Source of the DNA: a bacterium
Lineage (GTDB): Bacteria > Hinthialibacterota > Hinthialibacteria > Hinthialibacterales > Hinthialibacteraceae
Length of the DNA: 41,409 nt
Direction of reading: 5' to 3'
Assembly: GCA_963663405.2 (NCBI GenBank)
Contig: CAXXSM010000117.1
Coordinates: forward strand, 1 to 41,409
The stretch's first letter is position 1. Each line of letters starts with the position of its first letter. Below, one piece after another: positions 28,201 to 37,000 of the stretch. The translations under genes and the position numbers were made by a program. The notes under the pieces are model-generated. The model worked only from the letters and a program-made list of their open reading frames with translations, was not told where the DNA came from and searched no databases.

Positions 28201-30473
28201 CGCCTACGCCGGCGGAGGTGAGTTTAGCCGTTGTGGATGAAGCTATCTTCGCGCTGCGCCACGATCATACCCCAGCCATTCATAGTGTCTTTTACGGCAA
28301 TCAAGCGAACTGGGTAACCACAAGTTATTCGTTTCCCATGCAGTATTACGGCGGCGCGAACAAAGGAGTGAAACCCGATATTCGCAAAGATTTTCGAGAT
28401 ACGGCTGAATGGATCGCCAATGTGTATACGGATGAAAACGGTGAGAGCACAGTCAAGGTGCGATACCCGGACAACCTGACGACGTGGCGCCTAACCTCCC
28501 GTGGACACACGAAAAACACGGAAGTGGGGTGGACCAAGAGCACGACGCTGGTTAATAAGGAATTGGCGGCCCGGTTATCGCTTCCGCGCTTCTTTGTGGA
28601 GAATGATGAGTTGAAACTGCCCACGCTGGTCAACAACCTGACGGAAAAGAACCTGCCTGAGATCAAAACGAAATTGCATATCACCGGCGGTGTGGAATTG
28701 ATGGAAGATGACGAAAAAGTCACACGGGCCGCCGCGGGCGCACTGGCGCGGGAATTGTGGAATTTGAAAGTGAACGCGGCTTCCCCAGAGGCGGTATTTG
28801 TCTTCGAAGCCATAGGGGAAGAAGACGCCGACGCGCTGCAATTGAGCGCGCCCGTGTTGGCGGAGGGGTATCGGGAGGAGAAACGGTTGTCCCAGCGGCT
28901 TTCCGAAACATCCGCCACCCTTCAATTGAATCTTGAGGATAACGTTCTACTGGATCGATCACAATTTTCGGTTACGATCACGCCATCTCTGGCCGCCGTG
29001 GCGATGGGCGCGATTCCATACTTGGACCGGTTTCCTTATGGGTGCTGCGAGCAGACATTGAATGGATTTCTTCCTTCCATTGTGTTGATGGATGCGCTTG
29101 AAGAATGCGGGCTTAAAAAATTTACCTCCAATGAAAAAGAACAGATTCAACAAAAGGCCAAAGCGGGAATCGCGCGGCTCAGCATGATGCAGAATGGTGA
29201 TGGGGGATGGGGATGGTTTTATGGGGATAGCCGGCCCTATCCATCCGCGCTCGTTTTGAATGGATTGGTGATCGCGGATAATTTAGGCTATCCCGTGCAG
29301 GATTGGCGCATCGAACAGGGAACACGGTATCTGAAACGCGCCGCGCACGAAACACGGGATTGGGATACCCAAGCCTATATCCTCTATGTGCTGAGTACAA
29401 TTGAAGAAGAACGTCATGAGCTCCTGCCTGAATTGCATGCGAATATGAACGAACTCTTCGATTTTGGATTGGCGGTTGGAAGCGCAGTCACGTTCCGCGC
29501 GGGTGAACTCGAAAAAGCGAAAGAGATGAAAGAACGGCTTCTCTCGCGCCTGGTCTCGATTAATGAATCCGAAGCGGCGTGGGAAGTGGAACCGTCCCGT
29601 TTTTGGACGTGGAATGGATCCGCGCAGGAGACCACAGCGTGGGGTTTGATCTCGCTGATCGAACAGGACGGCCCTTCACCACTCACGGATCGAATCGCCC
29701 AATGGCTCGTCAGGCAGCGGGACGGCAGCCGCTGGCGTTCAACACGCGCGACGGGATTGATTGTTCAAGCGCTGGGAAGCGTGATCCGCGCGGAAAAAGA
29801 ATTACAGCAGCTGGGACCTCTGGATTATACCATTCGCGTGAATGATGAGGTTCTGCAAAGCGGAACAATGAAACCGGAGGAACTGTCACAACCGCTGACG
29901 GTTTCCATCGATCCCCAAAAAATGAAACATGGGGAGAACACATTCACGCTGGAAGCGAACCGGGTGGGCGGTTTCTGGTCGCTGGACTCGTCACTTTTCC
30001 ATCATGGCGAGATCGTTGTTCCCATTCCACACGAATCCATCTCGCTGAACCGCGTCTACGAGCGGGCTATCCATACCAAGGATTACCGGGGACGCCCCAA
30101 AATTTTAACAGAAGGTTTTTCTCCTACAGAAGAATTGGACGTGGGACAGGAAATTCTTGTTACGCTGGTCTTGGAAGCGAAACAGGATCTGCCCTATATG
30201 ATCGTTGAAGAGCCATTACCGAGTGGATGCGAAGTTGTCGAGTCGTTTTTGAAACAAGTCACGCAGGGCTGGAGCCCCTATACGCATTACGAGCGCCGCG
30301 ATGAGAAAATGGTCTTCTTCTTGGAACAGGTTCCTAAAGGAGAAACACGGATCGAGTATCTAATCCGCACAGAACTCAGCGGCTCGTTCCGGGCCAATCC
30401 CGCATACGCTTGGTGTATGTACTATCCCGAATACTCCGCCCGGAGCGCGACGACGAAATTAAGTGTGAAATAA
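25266..30473 (+). CDS. Bacterial alpha-2-macroglobulin with three N-terminal carboxypeptidase-regulatory-like domains
   Basis: YTDRPIYRP, EEYRKPEF, LAVVDEAI, PDNLTTW, thioester YGCCEQ (CxEQ at 29043-29054), QNGDGGWGW and MYYPE; RBS AGGAG before MRPH. Confidence 0.95.
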   Translation: MRPHATIRFLTVIGLLVCCSLPVFSEAVTVSGTVIDEKNETPIPNAKVELTNANAGTGYFIGYTNTDGRFSFSDVRTNLPYDLAVFAEGFCPYEMESWRIPTNQQVVDLKIPLIRGAAVSGTVTRSDGETPIANTKVELRYQRGDFRMLDTTQTLFTDAKGTFKFTKLPPNVYSLSIDASGFLSERLVGVRPQPGEEKDYSIKLYRPASISGHITLKDDGSALPNIEVAARGASQGVGTSDGNGFFAIEQLRPGSYKLVSNPSGFHEYESADVIQLDEGWNLENVDFSLSPLPPSMSLSLTRDVFLPDQDVQFQARTFRIAQYESRIYQLPASAFYSGEHDVEALLEDADLSSLTVALQWTVDVDYFQPYIWCDRDLKAPKKLEPGAYIIQIVNEADKLEHRLLFFVTELGIVTKRGKNQILVYATNLRTSMPVPETKILIRDITDRGRIYPNWIAKMREMAGEEVNWSGKTDKQGVFVSIGDYPKNSDVIAISPEGHIAVSSMHKSYLIERQSATIFVYTDRPIYRPEQTIFYKAIIRQNEAEGYRLPPAESIAVKIQDPQGKDIQTETLTMNDWGSINSSFSLPKSAPLGRYSINIKYGKAENSIHFYLEEYRKPEFKVTITPEKPFYINGETMNFLVRSEYYFGAPVVNANARYRIYESVASGGYQRSFPSSYNRYLSGGEVTTDAEGIARIEFTPRRSSVDRQISVEVEVTEASGRSVTSQGSAPVGVGEFYITARPKKHVYGPEDQLAIEIQTRNHEDKPVSVELTVEYTQDVWNPVRQRYVRPSRPFASVTVKTDEKGKALAEWLPDTKEVNGSVEVVIIGKDERGNTITGSSSCWRMMSRSGSFHYQYPTLEGIFDKDSYQPGEEAALLIQTQYPENPVILTIEGRDIHSYQVIWPAGKSTQVNIPILESYSPNVYVGLFMPRGIYLSNRIYTLSVPIERGAMNIELTADKEKYKPGETGTVKIKTTLPDGAPTPAEVSLAVVDEAIFALRHDHTPAIHSVFYGNQANWVTTSYSFPMQYYGGANKGVKPDIRKDFRDTAEWIANVYTDENGESTVKVRYPDNLTTWRLTSRGHTKNTEVGWTKSTTLVNKELAARLSLPRFFVENDELKLPTLVNNLTEKNLPEIKTKLHITGGVELMEDDEKVTRAAAGALARELWNLKVNAASPEAVFVFEAIGEEDADALQLSAPVLAEGYREEKRLSQRLSETSATLQLNLEDNVLLDRSQFSVTITPSLAAVAMGAIPYLDRFPYGCCEQTLNGFLPSIVLMDALEECGLKKFTSNEKEQIQQKAKAGIARLSMMQNGDGGWGWFYGDSRPYPSALVLNGLVIADNLGYPVQDWRIEQGTRYLKRAAHETRDWDTQAYILYVLSTIEEERHELLPELHANMNELFDFGLAVGSAVTFRAGELEKAKEMKERLLSRLVSINESEAAWEVEPSRFWTWNGSAQETTAWGLISLIEQDGPSPLTDRIAQWLVRQRDGSRWRSTRATGLIVQALGSVIRAEKELQQLGPLDYTIRVNDEVLQSGTMKPEELSQPLTVSIDPQKMKHGENTFTLEANRVGGFWSLDSSLFHHGEIVVPIPHESISLNRVYERAIHTKDYRGRPKILTEGFSPTEELDVGQEILVTLVLEAKQDLPYMIVEEPLPSGCEVVESFLKQVTQGWSPYTHYERRDEKMVFFLEQVPKGETRIEYLIRTELSGSFRANPAYAWCMYYPEYSARSATTKLSVK

Positions 30474-30584
30474 ACACGTGATGAAGATCGTGACGCCTCT
30501 CTATAAAGCATCGGTAACCGTTACTTCAATTTTTTCACGCCGTAAACCTAATTGATCCATAATTCGTTGATGATAAGAGATGCC

Positions 30585-30667
30585 ATAGGACTGTATTTCG
30601 TGTACAATACAGCCTATACAATCCGTATGTGATTTCCCTGAGGAACTTCAATCTGGAGGGAAATCAC
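30585..30667 (+). promoter_or_regulatory. Two stem-loops in the leader of the 30685 operon
   Basis: ATAGGaCTGTATT...AATACAGCCTAT, and GTGATTTCCCT...AGGGAAATCAC (11-bp perfect) just before RBS AGGAGG. Confidence 0.4.
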
Positions 30668-30684
30668 TCGTTGCAGGAGGCGTA

Positions 30685-32349
30685 GTGATGGCGGACGCGC
30701 AAGCCTATCATGATTTACTCAGAAAAGTAAAACGAGCGTATTGGCGATACAATTGTGTCTCCTTTTATACCTATTTCGTTCAAACTCTTTTTTTTACATT
30801 GATCCTTACATGTTTGATCGTCTTAAGTTTGAAATTTACGCCTTGGCAAGTGGATAATTTTCTTATTACCTTTATTTTGACCGGTCTGTCTCTTCCGATG
30901 GCTTTTATTCTATTTTATATCAAAACCAGAGGGCTTGATGAAACGGCCATTTTAGTCGATAAGGAATTGCACCTGAAAGAAAAAATCTCATCCGCGCTCG
31001 AGATTTCGGATCTGAGCGCGATTCCGGTGGAAGAGCGGGAATGGAGGGAAATACTTCTTCATGACGCTTTGCGTTCCGCCAGCCGGTTGGATTTGCGCCG
31101 GGCGTTTCCTTGGAAGAATCCTTGGGCGGCGCAGTGGCTATGGGCGCCTCTCTTCATACTATTCCTCACGGTCGTCGCGTTGCCGCAATGGGATCTAATC
31201 ACGGGGCAAGGCAAAGCGGAGGCGAAAGCCGAGGAGAAGAAAGCGATCGAGCGGCAAATTGAAAAAATGAAAATCCGGCAGTTGACCCTGGAGAAGCGGG
31301 CGCAGGAAAAAAAGATGGAAACCGCCGCCAAGTTGGCGGAAGAAATCAAAGAATTGGCGAATGATCTATCCAAAGGCAAAATCGAAAAACGCGACGCTCT
31401 CGCGAAAATGTCCTCCTTAGAGCAAGAATGGGAAAAACGCAAGGAGGAATTAGAGAAACTGCAACCTCAGATGAAAGAGATGTCGATGCCGAAAATGAAG
31501 CAGAAAATGACCGGCGATCTGGCGTCGAATCTCCAAAAGGGCGATTATAAAAAAGCGGCGGAGGAAATGCAGAAACTCCAGAAAAAGATGAAAATGGGGG
31601 ATTTCTCCCCCGAAGACATGGAACGGCTCTCGTCCGAATTGAAAAACCTCGCCGAAAACCTTGATCCTGAATCCCCCCTGGCCAAAGCTTTGAAAAACGC
31701 AGCGAAAAATATGAAAATGGGTGAAAAAGGGGATAAAAAAAATAATAAAAGCAATCCCTTGGATCCCAGTGATATGCAGGACGCGTTGAAATCGCTGGAA
31801 TTGGCCGAAATGGGGCTTATGGATATGGAGGATATGCTCAATCAGATGAATACGCTCGACGCGGCTCTGTGCGATCTGAAAGATTCAAAATACGCTCTCG
31901 CTGGAAAATTTGGTGAAGGAAAGATCGCTAGCCTTCCCGGAGGAAATGAAGGTGAAGGCGAAGGTCAAGGGAGCGGTATGGGGCCCGAAGGAACGCGGCC
32001 TTGGAAAGCGGGTACCAACCAACAGCCGGGCAATGGTATGGGAGGCCCCGGCCAAGGGCGGGGCGGGAATGCGCCTTTCGCGCAGACCAATGTCGGGTAC
32101 GAAAAATCGAAAGTCAATGGGAAACTCGGAAAAGGGAAAATTCTTGGTACTCTTTTAGTCGATGGTCCTCCATTGAAAGGCGAATCGATTATAGAATTAA
32201 GTGAAGCGTTTATCGAGTATCGACAAGCCGAAGAGGATGCGTTGACGAAGGAGCGTGTGCCGGTTACACTCCGCAATCAAGTGCGCGCGTACTTTGACAC
32301 ACTGCAGCAATCCTCGGCTCAATCCAATCAAGAATCATCAGGGGAGTAA
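30685..32349 (+). CDS. Membrane protein with long coiled coil, Gly-rich linker and C-terminal P..R..VR.YF motif (DUF4175-like)
   Basis: Three TM segments, LKEKISSALE, K/E/M-rich coil, ERVPVTLRNQVRAYF. Confidence 0.8.
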   Translation: MMADAQAYHDLLRKVKRAYWRYNCVSFYTYFVQTLFFTLILTCLIVLSLKFTPWQVDNFLITFILTGLSLPMAFILFYIKTRGLDETAILVDKELHLKEKISSALEISDLSAIPVEEREWREILLHDALRSASRLDLRRAFPWKNPWAAQWLWAPLFILFLTVVALPQWDLITGQGKAEAKAEEKKAIERQIEKMKIRQLTLEKRAQEKKMETAAKLAEEIKELANDLSKGKIEKRDALAKMSSLEQEWEKRKEELEKLQPQMKEMSMPKMKQKMTGDLASNLQKGDYKKAAEEMQKLQKKMKMGDFSPEDMERLSSELKNLAENLDPESPLAKALKNAAKNMKMGEKGDKKNNKSNPLDPSDMQDALKSLELAEMGLMDMEDMLNQMNTLDAALCDLKDSKYALAGKFGEGKIASLPGGNEGEGEGQGSGMGPEGTRPWKAGTNQQPGNGMGGPGQGRGGNAPFAQTNVGYEKSKVNGKLGKGKILGTLLVDGPPLKGESIIELSEAFIEYRQAEEDALTKERVPVTLRNQVRAYFDTLQQSSAQSNQESSGE

Positions 32350-32355
32350 AAGCTC

Positions 32356-33369
32356 GTGCGACATTCAATAGGTATCGTTAGTCTTCTTCTTTGTGTGGGA
32401 ATCGGTCTTCTTTTTATGACTGGCTGTGGTGAGAAGCCGAACGCGGTGACGATTTATACCTCCGTGGATCAAGATTACGCCGAACCGATTATCGAGGCAT
32501 TCAAAACCCAGAATCCCGAAATGGAAGTCAATACGGTGTATGATTCGGAACTCACGAAAACCACGGGATTGTATACCCGCATCCGCAAAGAAAAAAGCAA
32601 TCCGCAGGCTGACGTGTTTTGGAATTCTGAAATTGTCCGGACCGTGCAGCTCAAGAAACTGGGGCTTTTGGAAACCTACCGTTCTCCATCGGCGGAGGAT
32701 ATTCCAGACCATTATAAAGACTCAGACGGTCAATGGACGGGCTTTTCCGCCCGTGCCCGTGTAATGGTGATTAACAATAATTTAGTGCCGCCATCAGAGA
32801 CTCCATCAAGCCTTCCCTCCCTGCAGAATACTAAATATCGTGGAAAAGTGGGTATGGCGAATCCGGAGTTCGGCACAACGGCCGCACATATGACCGCGCT
32901 CTACATTCTGTGGGATCAAGCCAAGTTTCAATTGATATACAATCAAATTAAGAAGAACCAGCTGCAACTCTTGCCCGGAAATTCCACCGTGCGGGATCAG
33001 GTCGCCGCGGGTCAGCTGGCGTATGGTTTGACGGATACGGATGATGTTTTCGCCGCTCTGGATGAGAACAAGCCGGTTCGATGGGCGTTCCTGAATCAGG
33101 ATTCAATCGGAACCTTGGTGATTCCTAACACTGTCTCGTTAATCAAGAATGGGCCCAATCCAGAGAACGGTAAAAAGTTCATTGATTATCTGCTTTCCCC
33201 GGAAGTGGAGGCGAAACTCGCGAAAACGAGGGCCAGACAAATGCCGGTGCGGCCGAGTGTGGAACGGCCCGAGGGCGTGCCCGACCTGAGTAAGATTAAA
33301 GTGATGGCCGTCGATTATGAACAGCTGGCCGAAAAAATGGAAACTTGCCTCGATCTATTCCGAAAATAA
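32356..33369 (+). CDS. Fe3+/AfuA-family ABC transporter substrate-binding lipoprotein
   Basis: Lipobox MTG|C; IYTSVDQ, NPQADVFW, LTDTDD and KKFIDYLLS. Confidence 0.9.
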   Translation: MRHSIGIVSLLLCVGIGLLFMTGCGEKPNAVTIYTSVDQDYAEPIIEAFKTQNPEMEVNTVYDSELTKTTGLYTRIRKEKSNPQADVFWNSEIVRTVQLKKLGLLETYRSPSAEDIPDHYKDSDGQWTGFSARARVMVINNNLVPPSETPSSLPSLQNTKYRGKVGMANPEFGTTAAHMTALYILWDQAKFQLIYNQIKKNQLQLLPGNSTVRDQVAAGQLAYGLTDTDDVFAALDENKPVRWAFLNQDSIGTLVIPNTVSLIKNGPNPENGKKFIDYLLSPEVEAKLAKTRARQMPVRPSVERPEGVPDLSKIKVMAVDYEQLAEKMETCLDLFRK

Positions 33370-34961
33370 GTAGAATCCTTAAAATTCTTTCTTCCGGCCG
33401 CGTGGTTCAGACTGCGATTGTTGTTTGTCTGACTCTGCCTCTGATCGCCACGTGCCTTTCGATCGCGCCAGCCGGTGGGGATGAATTTTGGGACTCGCTT
33501 AATCGATTCAACCACGTCACACTCCAGCTGTTTTTAAACAGCGTCATCATTGGCGCCGGCGCCGCAGCCGTGTCTATTTGTTTCGCTTTACCAGCGGTTT
33601 TCGTTTACTTTCATCTACCGACAGCGTATCGCCGTTTTCTACTGCCGGCCGCGTTGCTGCCATTATCGTATCCACCCTTTGGCGCAGCTTCCGCATGGAT
33701 GACGCTTGTGGCGAGTATCGAAGGAGGCTGGCAGGGACGGATGGTTTGGGGGGGCGAAAGCGCGCTTTCCAGCATACTTTACAATTATTTTGGAGTCAGT
33801 TGGGTTTTGGGGCTCTGCTATTGGCCTGTGGTCTTTTTTATGTTGACCATGATCACTCGTCTTTCTCAAGCGCAAGTGGACGCCGCATATCTACACATGC
33901 GGTTTTGGTCACGTCTTCGATACGTTTTCTGGCCCGCATGGAGAGAATCACTGTTTGCTTCGGCGGCGATTGTTTTCTGCATGGGAATCGTCCAGTTCGA
34001 GGTTCCTTCCTTTTTACAGGTTCAAGTCTATCCACTGGAAATTTTCACTCGCTTCTCCGCATTGATGAATGAGCGGGACGCTGTGTTTTTATGCGTCCCC
34101 TATGGATTGATTCTCCTGTCAATCACGTGGTGTATTGCGCGGTATTGCCGTTCTCTTCCCTTGGAAGGAGGAGAGGAGATTGTTCTCCGGCCACGAGCCT
34201 GGTTTAAAACGTTCTCGCGCGCGGCTCTTTGTCTTGTTCTGTTTCTTTCGGTGATGATTCCTTTGTTGGGATTGCTCAGCCGGGCAGGCTCGTTGGGGTT
34301 CATGTTGGATACTCTCTGGCAGCAGAAAGAGCGCATGGCGCGGAGTCTGATGTATTGTGGATTGGGGGCTGGAGCGATTGTTTTTTTGGGGCTTGTTTTT
34401 ACAGCGCGTCACAATCCTGGCAAAGCGCCATACGCGGGCACATTCTTTTTGTTTCTTTTTGTATTTCCAGGAATCATGTTCGCCTCCGGCTGGTTACAGA
34501 TCCGCTCGTTCTGGCCGGGCGTATTGCCAAAAAATATCGCTGTCTTTTCATTGATTCTAGCCTATGTGACCCATTTCTTCGTCCTGGGCTATTTCACAGG
34601 ATTACTGATTTGGAACTACTATGGCGCGCCGCAGCGGGAGTATGATTCTCTGCTGCGAATGGGAACGCTAACCAAAATCTTCCGTCTCTACGTTCCTAAT
34701 ATGAAAGCGCCCGTCCTGCAAGGAATCGCTTTAATCGCGCTCTTTCTATGGGGGGAGGTTGCCATGACCATTCTTCTTCATCCAGCGGGAGGGGATACAA
34801 TGGCGTTGCATTATTACAATCTTCTCCACTATGGCAGCGAAAAACGAACGGTAGCGATTGGACTGCTGATGATGGGAACGCCTGCGTTCGTGTTGTTCCT
34901 TGCTCTTTTATCCCAGTGGTTGAATATCCGGCGGCGCCGAGGATCAGTGAATTGTCAATAG
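33345..34961 (+). CDS. Fe3+/AfuB-family ABC transporter permease
   Basis: Many TM segments in two halves, degenerate EAA loop (VDAA), FEVP...YPLEIF; start uncertain. Confidence 0.85.
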   Translation: MPRSIPKISRILKILSSGRVVQTAIVVCLTLPLIATCLSIAPAGGDEFWDSLNRFNHVTLQLFLNSVIIGAGAAAVSICFALPAVFVYFHLPTAYRRFLLPAALLPLSYPPFGAASAWMTLVASIEGGWQGRMVWGGESALSSILYNYFGVSWVLGLCYWPVVFFMLTMITRLSQAQVDAAYLHMRFWSRLRYVFWPAWRESLFASAAIVFCMGIVQFEVPSFLQVQVYPLEIFTRFSALMNERDAVFLCVPYGLILLSITWCIARYCRSLPLEGGEEIVLRPRAWFKTFSRAALCLVLFLSVMIPLLGLLSRAGSLGFMLDTLWQQKERMARSLMYCGLGAGAIVFLGLVFTARHNPGKAPYAGTFFLFLFVFPGIMFASGWLQIRSFWPGVLPKNIAVFSLILAYVTHFFVLGYFTGLLIWNYYGAPQREYDSLLRMGTLTKIFRLYVPNMKAPVLQGIALIALFLWGEVAMTILLHPAGGDTMALHYYNLLHYGSEKRTVAIGLLMMGTPAFVLFLALLSQWLNIRRRRGSVNCQ

Positions 34962-35995
34962 AAAGTGTTCTCTCTCCAACCGGGATCCAGTTTGATGGGA
35001 TTAATCTATCCTACGGCGGCGCGTCTGTTTTGCGTGGGATTGATTTCACTGCGCCCGCGGGGAAGATTACGGTTCTCTTCGGGCCGTCAGGAGCCGGAAA
35101 GACCAGTTGTCTCCGCTTGGCCGCTGGTTTCGAGCGGCCCTCTAAAGGAATCATTAAACTCGGTGAAAATACCATCTCTTCTTCAACGTTCCAGCTGGAA
35201 CCGGAACGGCGGGGGATAGGATATTGTTTTCAGGAACCAGCGCTCTGGCCGGCTTTGAGTGTCAAGAAACATTTGGCGATACCATTATCGAGAAACAAGA
35301 GCGTCCGCGAATCGCGTGCACAGCGTGTTCGGGAATTGCTCCACACCTTCTCCTTGGAACGCCTAAAAGACCGTCTCCCGTCTCAACTCTCCGGCGGAGA
35401 GAAGAAACGGTTGGCGTTCGCGCGGGCGATCGCGGCAAAACCAGCCGCTCTTTTGTTGGATGAACCGCTGGCGAGTCTAGAGGAACCTCTCCGGGAAGAA
35501 TTGCGGCGGACAATCGACGGCTGCCTGAGCTATGGAGGAACGATTCTTTTGGTCACCCATTTACGGAACGAAGCCCTCGCCCTGGCGGACCGGTTGATTA
35601 TCCTAGCCGGGGGGCGAATCCTGCGCGACGCGCCGCCTGAAGAGACATTCCGCAATCCTCGATCGCGTCTGGCCGCGGAACTGATGGGGTACCGGAATTT
35701 TTTCCCCTCTTCAAACCATGAGACCGGCGCCGTCTCTCCTTTCCAAAAATGGATGAAAAATGGGGATTCGGATTCCGGCGTCTTTTACGCATGTCTACCG
35801 GAACACTTGATCGCGCGGGGGGATGAAACCGGTAGAGGCCGGGTGCAATCATGTCAATTCGCCGGTACACGGTATCGCCTGCGCGTCCGCCTGGATGAAC
35901 ATGATTTCGAAGCGGTTTCCAATACGTCTTTACCAAAAAACGCCCTAGTCACCCTTGAAGCGATACAACCGCCGGTTGAAATTCAGGAGCCATAA
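34952..35995 (+). CDS. ABC transporter ATP-binding protein (AfuC/PotA-like, with TOBE-like tail)
   Basis: GPSGAGKT, FQE, LSGGE, LLLDEP and VTH; start placed at TTG 34952 (ORF track starts at 34748, inside the permease). Confidence 0.9.
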   Translation: MSIESVLSPTGIQFDGINLSYGGASVLRGIDFTAPAGKITVLFGPSGAGKTSCLRLAAGFERPSKGIIKLGENTISSSTFQLEPERRGIGYCFQEPALWPALSVKKHLAIPLSRNKSVRESRAQRVRELLHTFSLERLKDRLPSQLSGGEKKRLAFARAIAAKPAALLLDEPLASLEEPLREELRRTIDGCLSYGGTILLVTHLRNEALALADRLIILAGGRILRDAPPEETFRNPRSRLAAELMGYRNFFPSSNHETGAVSPFQKWMKNGDSDSGVFYACLPEHLIARGDETGRGRVQSCQFAGTRYRLRVRLDEHDFEAVSNTSLPKNALVTLEAIQPPVEIQEP

Positions 35996-35996
35996 C

Positions 35997-36962
35997 ATGA
36001 TGTCCATCAACCCGAATCAAAGAATACTTCCCTCTATCCCATTGCCGCGTTTTTGTTTATGGATACTTTTCTTTCTCACCGTCATGACTGGCTGCGGGGG
36101 AAACGAGGCGACGGAAGGAATAACCGTATGGGGTTTCCGCGGTGGTGTGCCGGGCCGCTTTTCATGGCCGCGAGCGATTGCGGTATACAACGAATTTGTC
36201 TATGTCATCGACCGGTCGGGCCGTCTCCAGAAATTCACCCAGGATGGAACTTTCGTTCTCCAATGGCAGTTCGAGAATCCCCAATTCGGCACACCGACAG
36301 GGATCACCGTCGATGAGTCGGGAAACCTCTGGATTCCCGACACGCACAATTCCCGCATTTTTCATTTCAACGGAGAGGGTGTTCTTCTCTCCCAGTTCGG
36401 GGAAGGAGGAAAGGAACCGGGAAAATTTATCCTGCCCACCGATCTTGTGATCGGAGATCAGGGAGAACTCTTCATCGCGGAATATGGGAACTATGACCGT
36501 ATCCAAGTATTCACTCAAGAGGGCGTCTATTTACGGGGATGGGGTGAATTCGGTGAGGTGATTGATAATTACGATACACCGGATAATTATTTCAATCGTC
36601 CCATGGCGATTGCGAAAGGGATCGATGGCAATCTCTATATCGCCGATTCCGCCAATCACCGGATTAAAGTTTATACGCAAAGCGGGGAACTTGTGAAAAT
36701 CTTCGGCCGTAAAGGAACCGAGCCGGGAGAATTTCAATTTCCGTATGATATCGGTGTCGATGACAAGGGTAATCTTTATATCTGTGAATTTGGAAATCAC
36801 CGGGTGCAGGTTTTTTCACCGGATGGGACCGTCCTTCGTGTAATCGGAGAATTAGGTGAAGGAATCGGCCAGTTATACGAGCCTTGGGGGATCGACGTCA
36901 ACAAAGAACATATTTTTGTCGCGGACACACATAACCACCGGATTCAGATTTTTCCGTTGTGA
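35997..36962 (+). CDS. NHL-repeat six-bladed beta-propeller, putative lipoprotein
   Basis: Six repeats of the G.F..P.GI.VD..GNLYI.D..NHRIQ.F type; MTG|C lipobox. Confidence 0.92.
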   Translation: MMSINPNQRILPSIPLPRFCLWILFFLTVMTGCGGNEATEGITVWGFRGGVPGRFSWPRAIAVYNEFVYVIDRSGRLQKFTQDGTFVLQWQFENPQFGTPTGITVDESGNLWIPDTHNSRIFHFNGEGVLLSQFGEGGKEPGKFILPTDLVIGDQGELFIAEYGNYDRIQVFTQEGVYLRGWGEFGEVIDNYDTPDNYFNRPMAIAKGIDGNLYIADSANHRIKVYTQSGELVKIFGRKGTEPGEFQFPYDIGVDDKGNLYICEFGNHRVQVFSPDGTVLRVIGELGEGIGQLYEPWGIDVNKEHIFVADTHNHRIQIFPL

Positions 36963-37000
36963 CAAAATCGTTTTATTCCGGATGTTATTACGTGATCGAG

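Noticed and set aside
26394-29943. Long antisense ORFs inside the macroglobulin gene, and similar overlapping ORFs elsewhere
   Set aside because: Shadow frames of well-supported genes, with no motifs or translation signals
34748-34951. N-terminal extension of the ABC ATPase
   Set aside because: Lies inside the permease gene and does not resemble an ABC domain; a later start is more plausible
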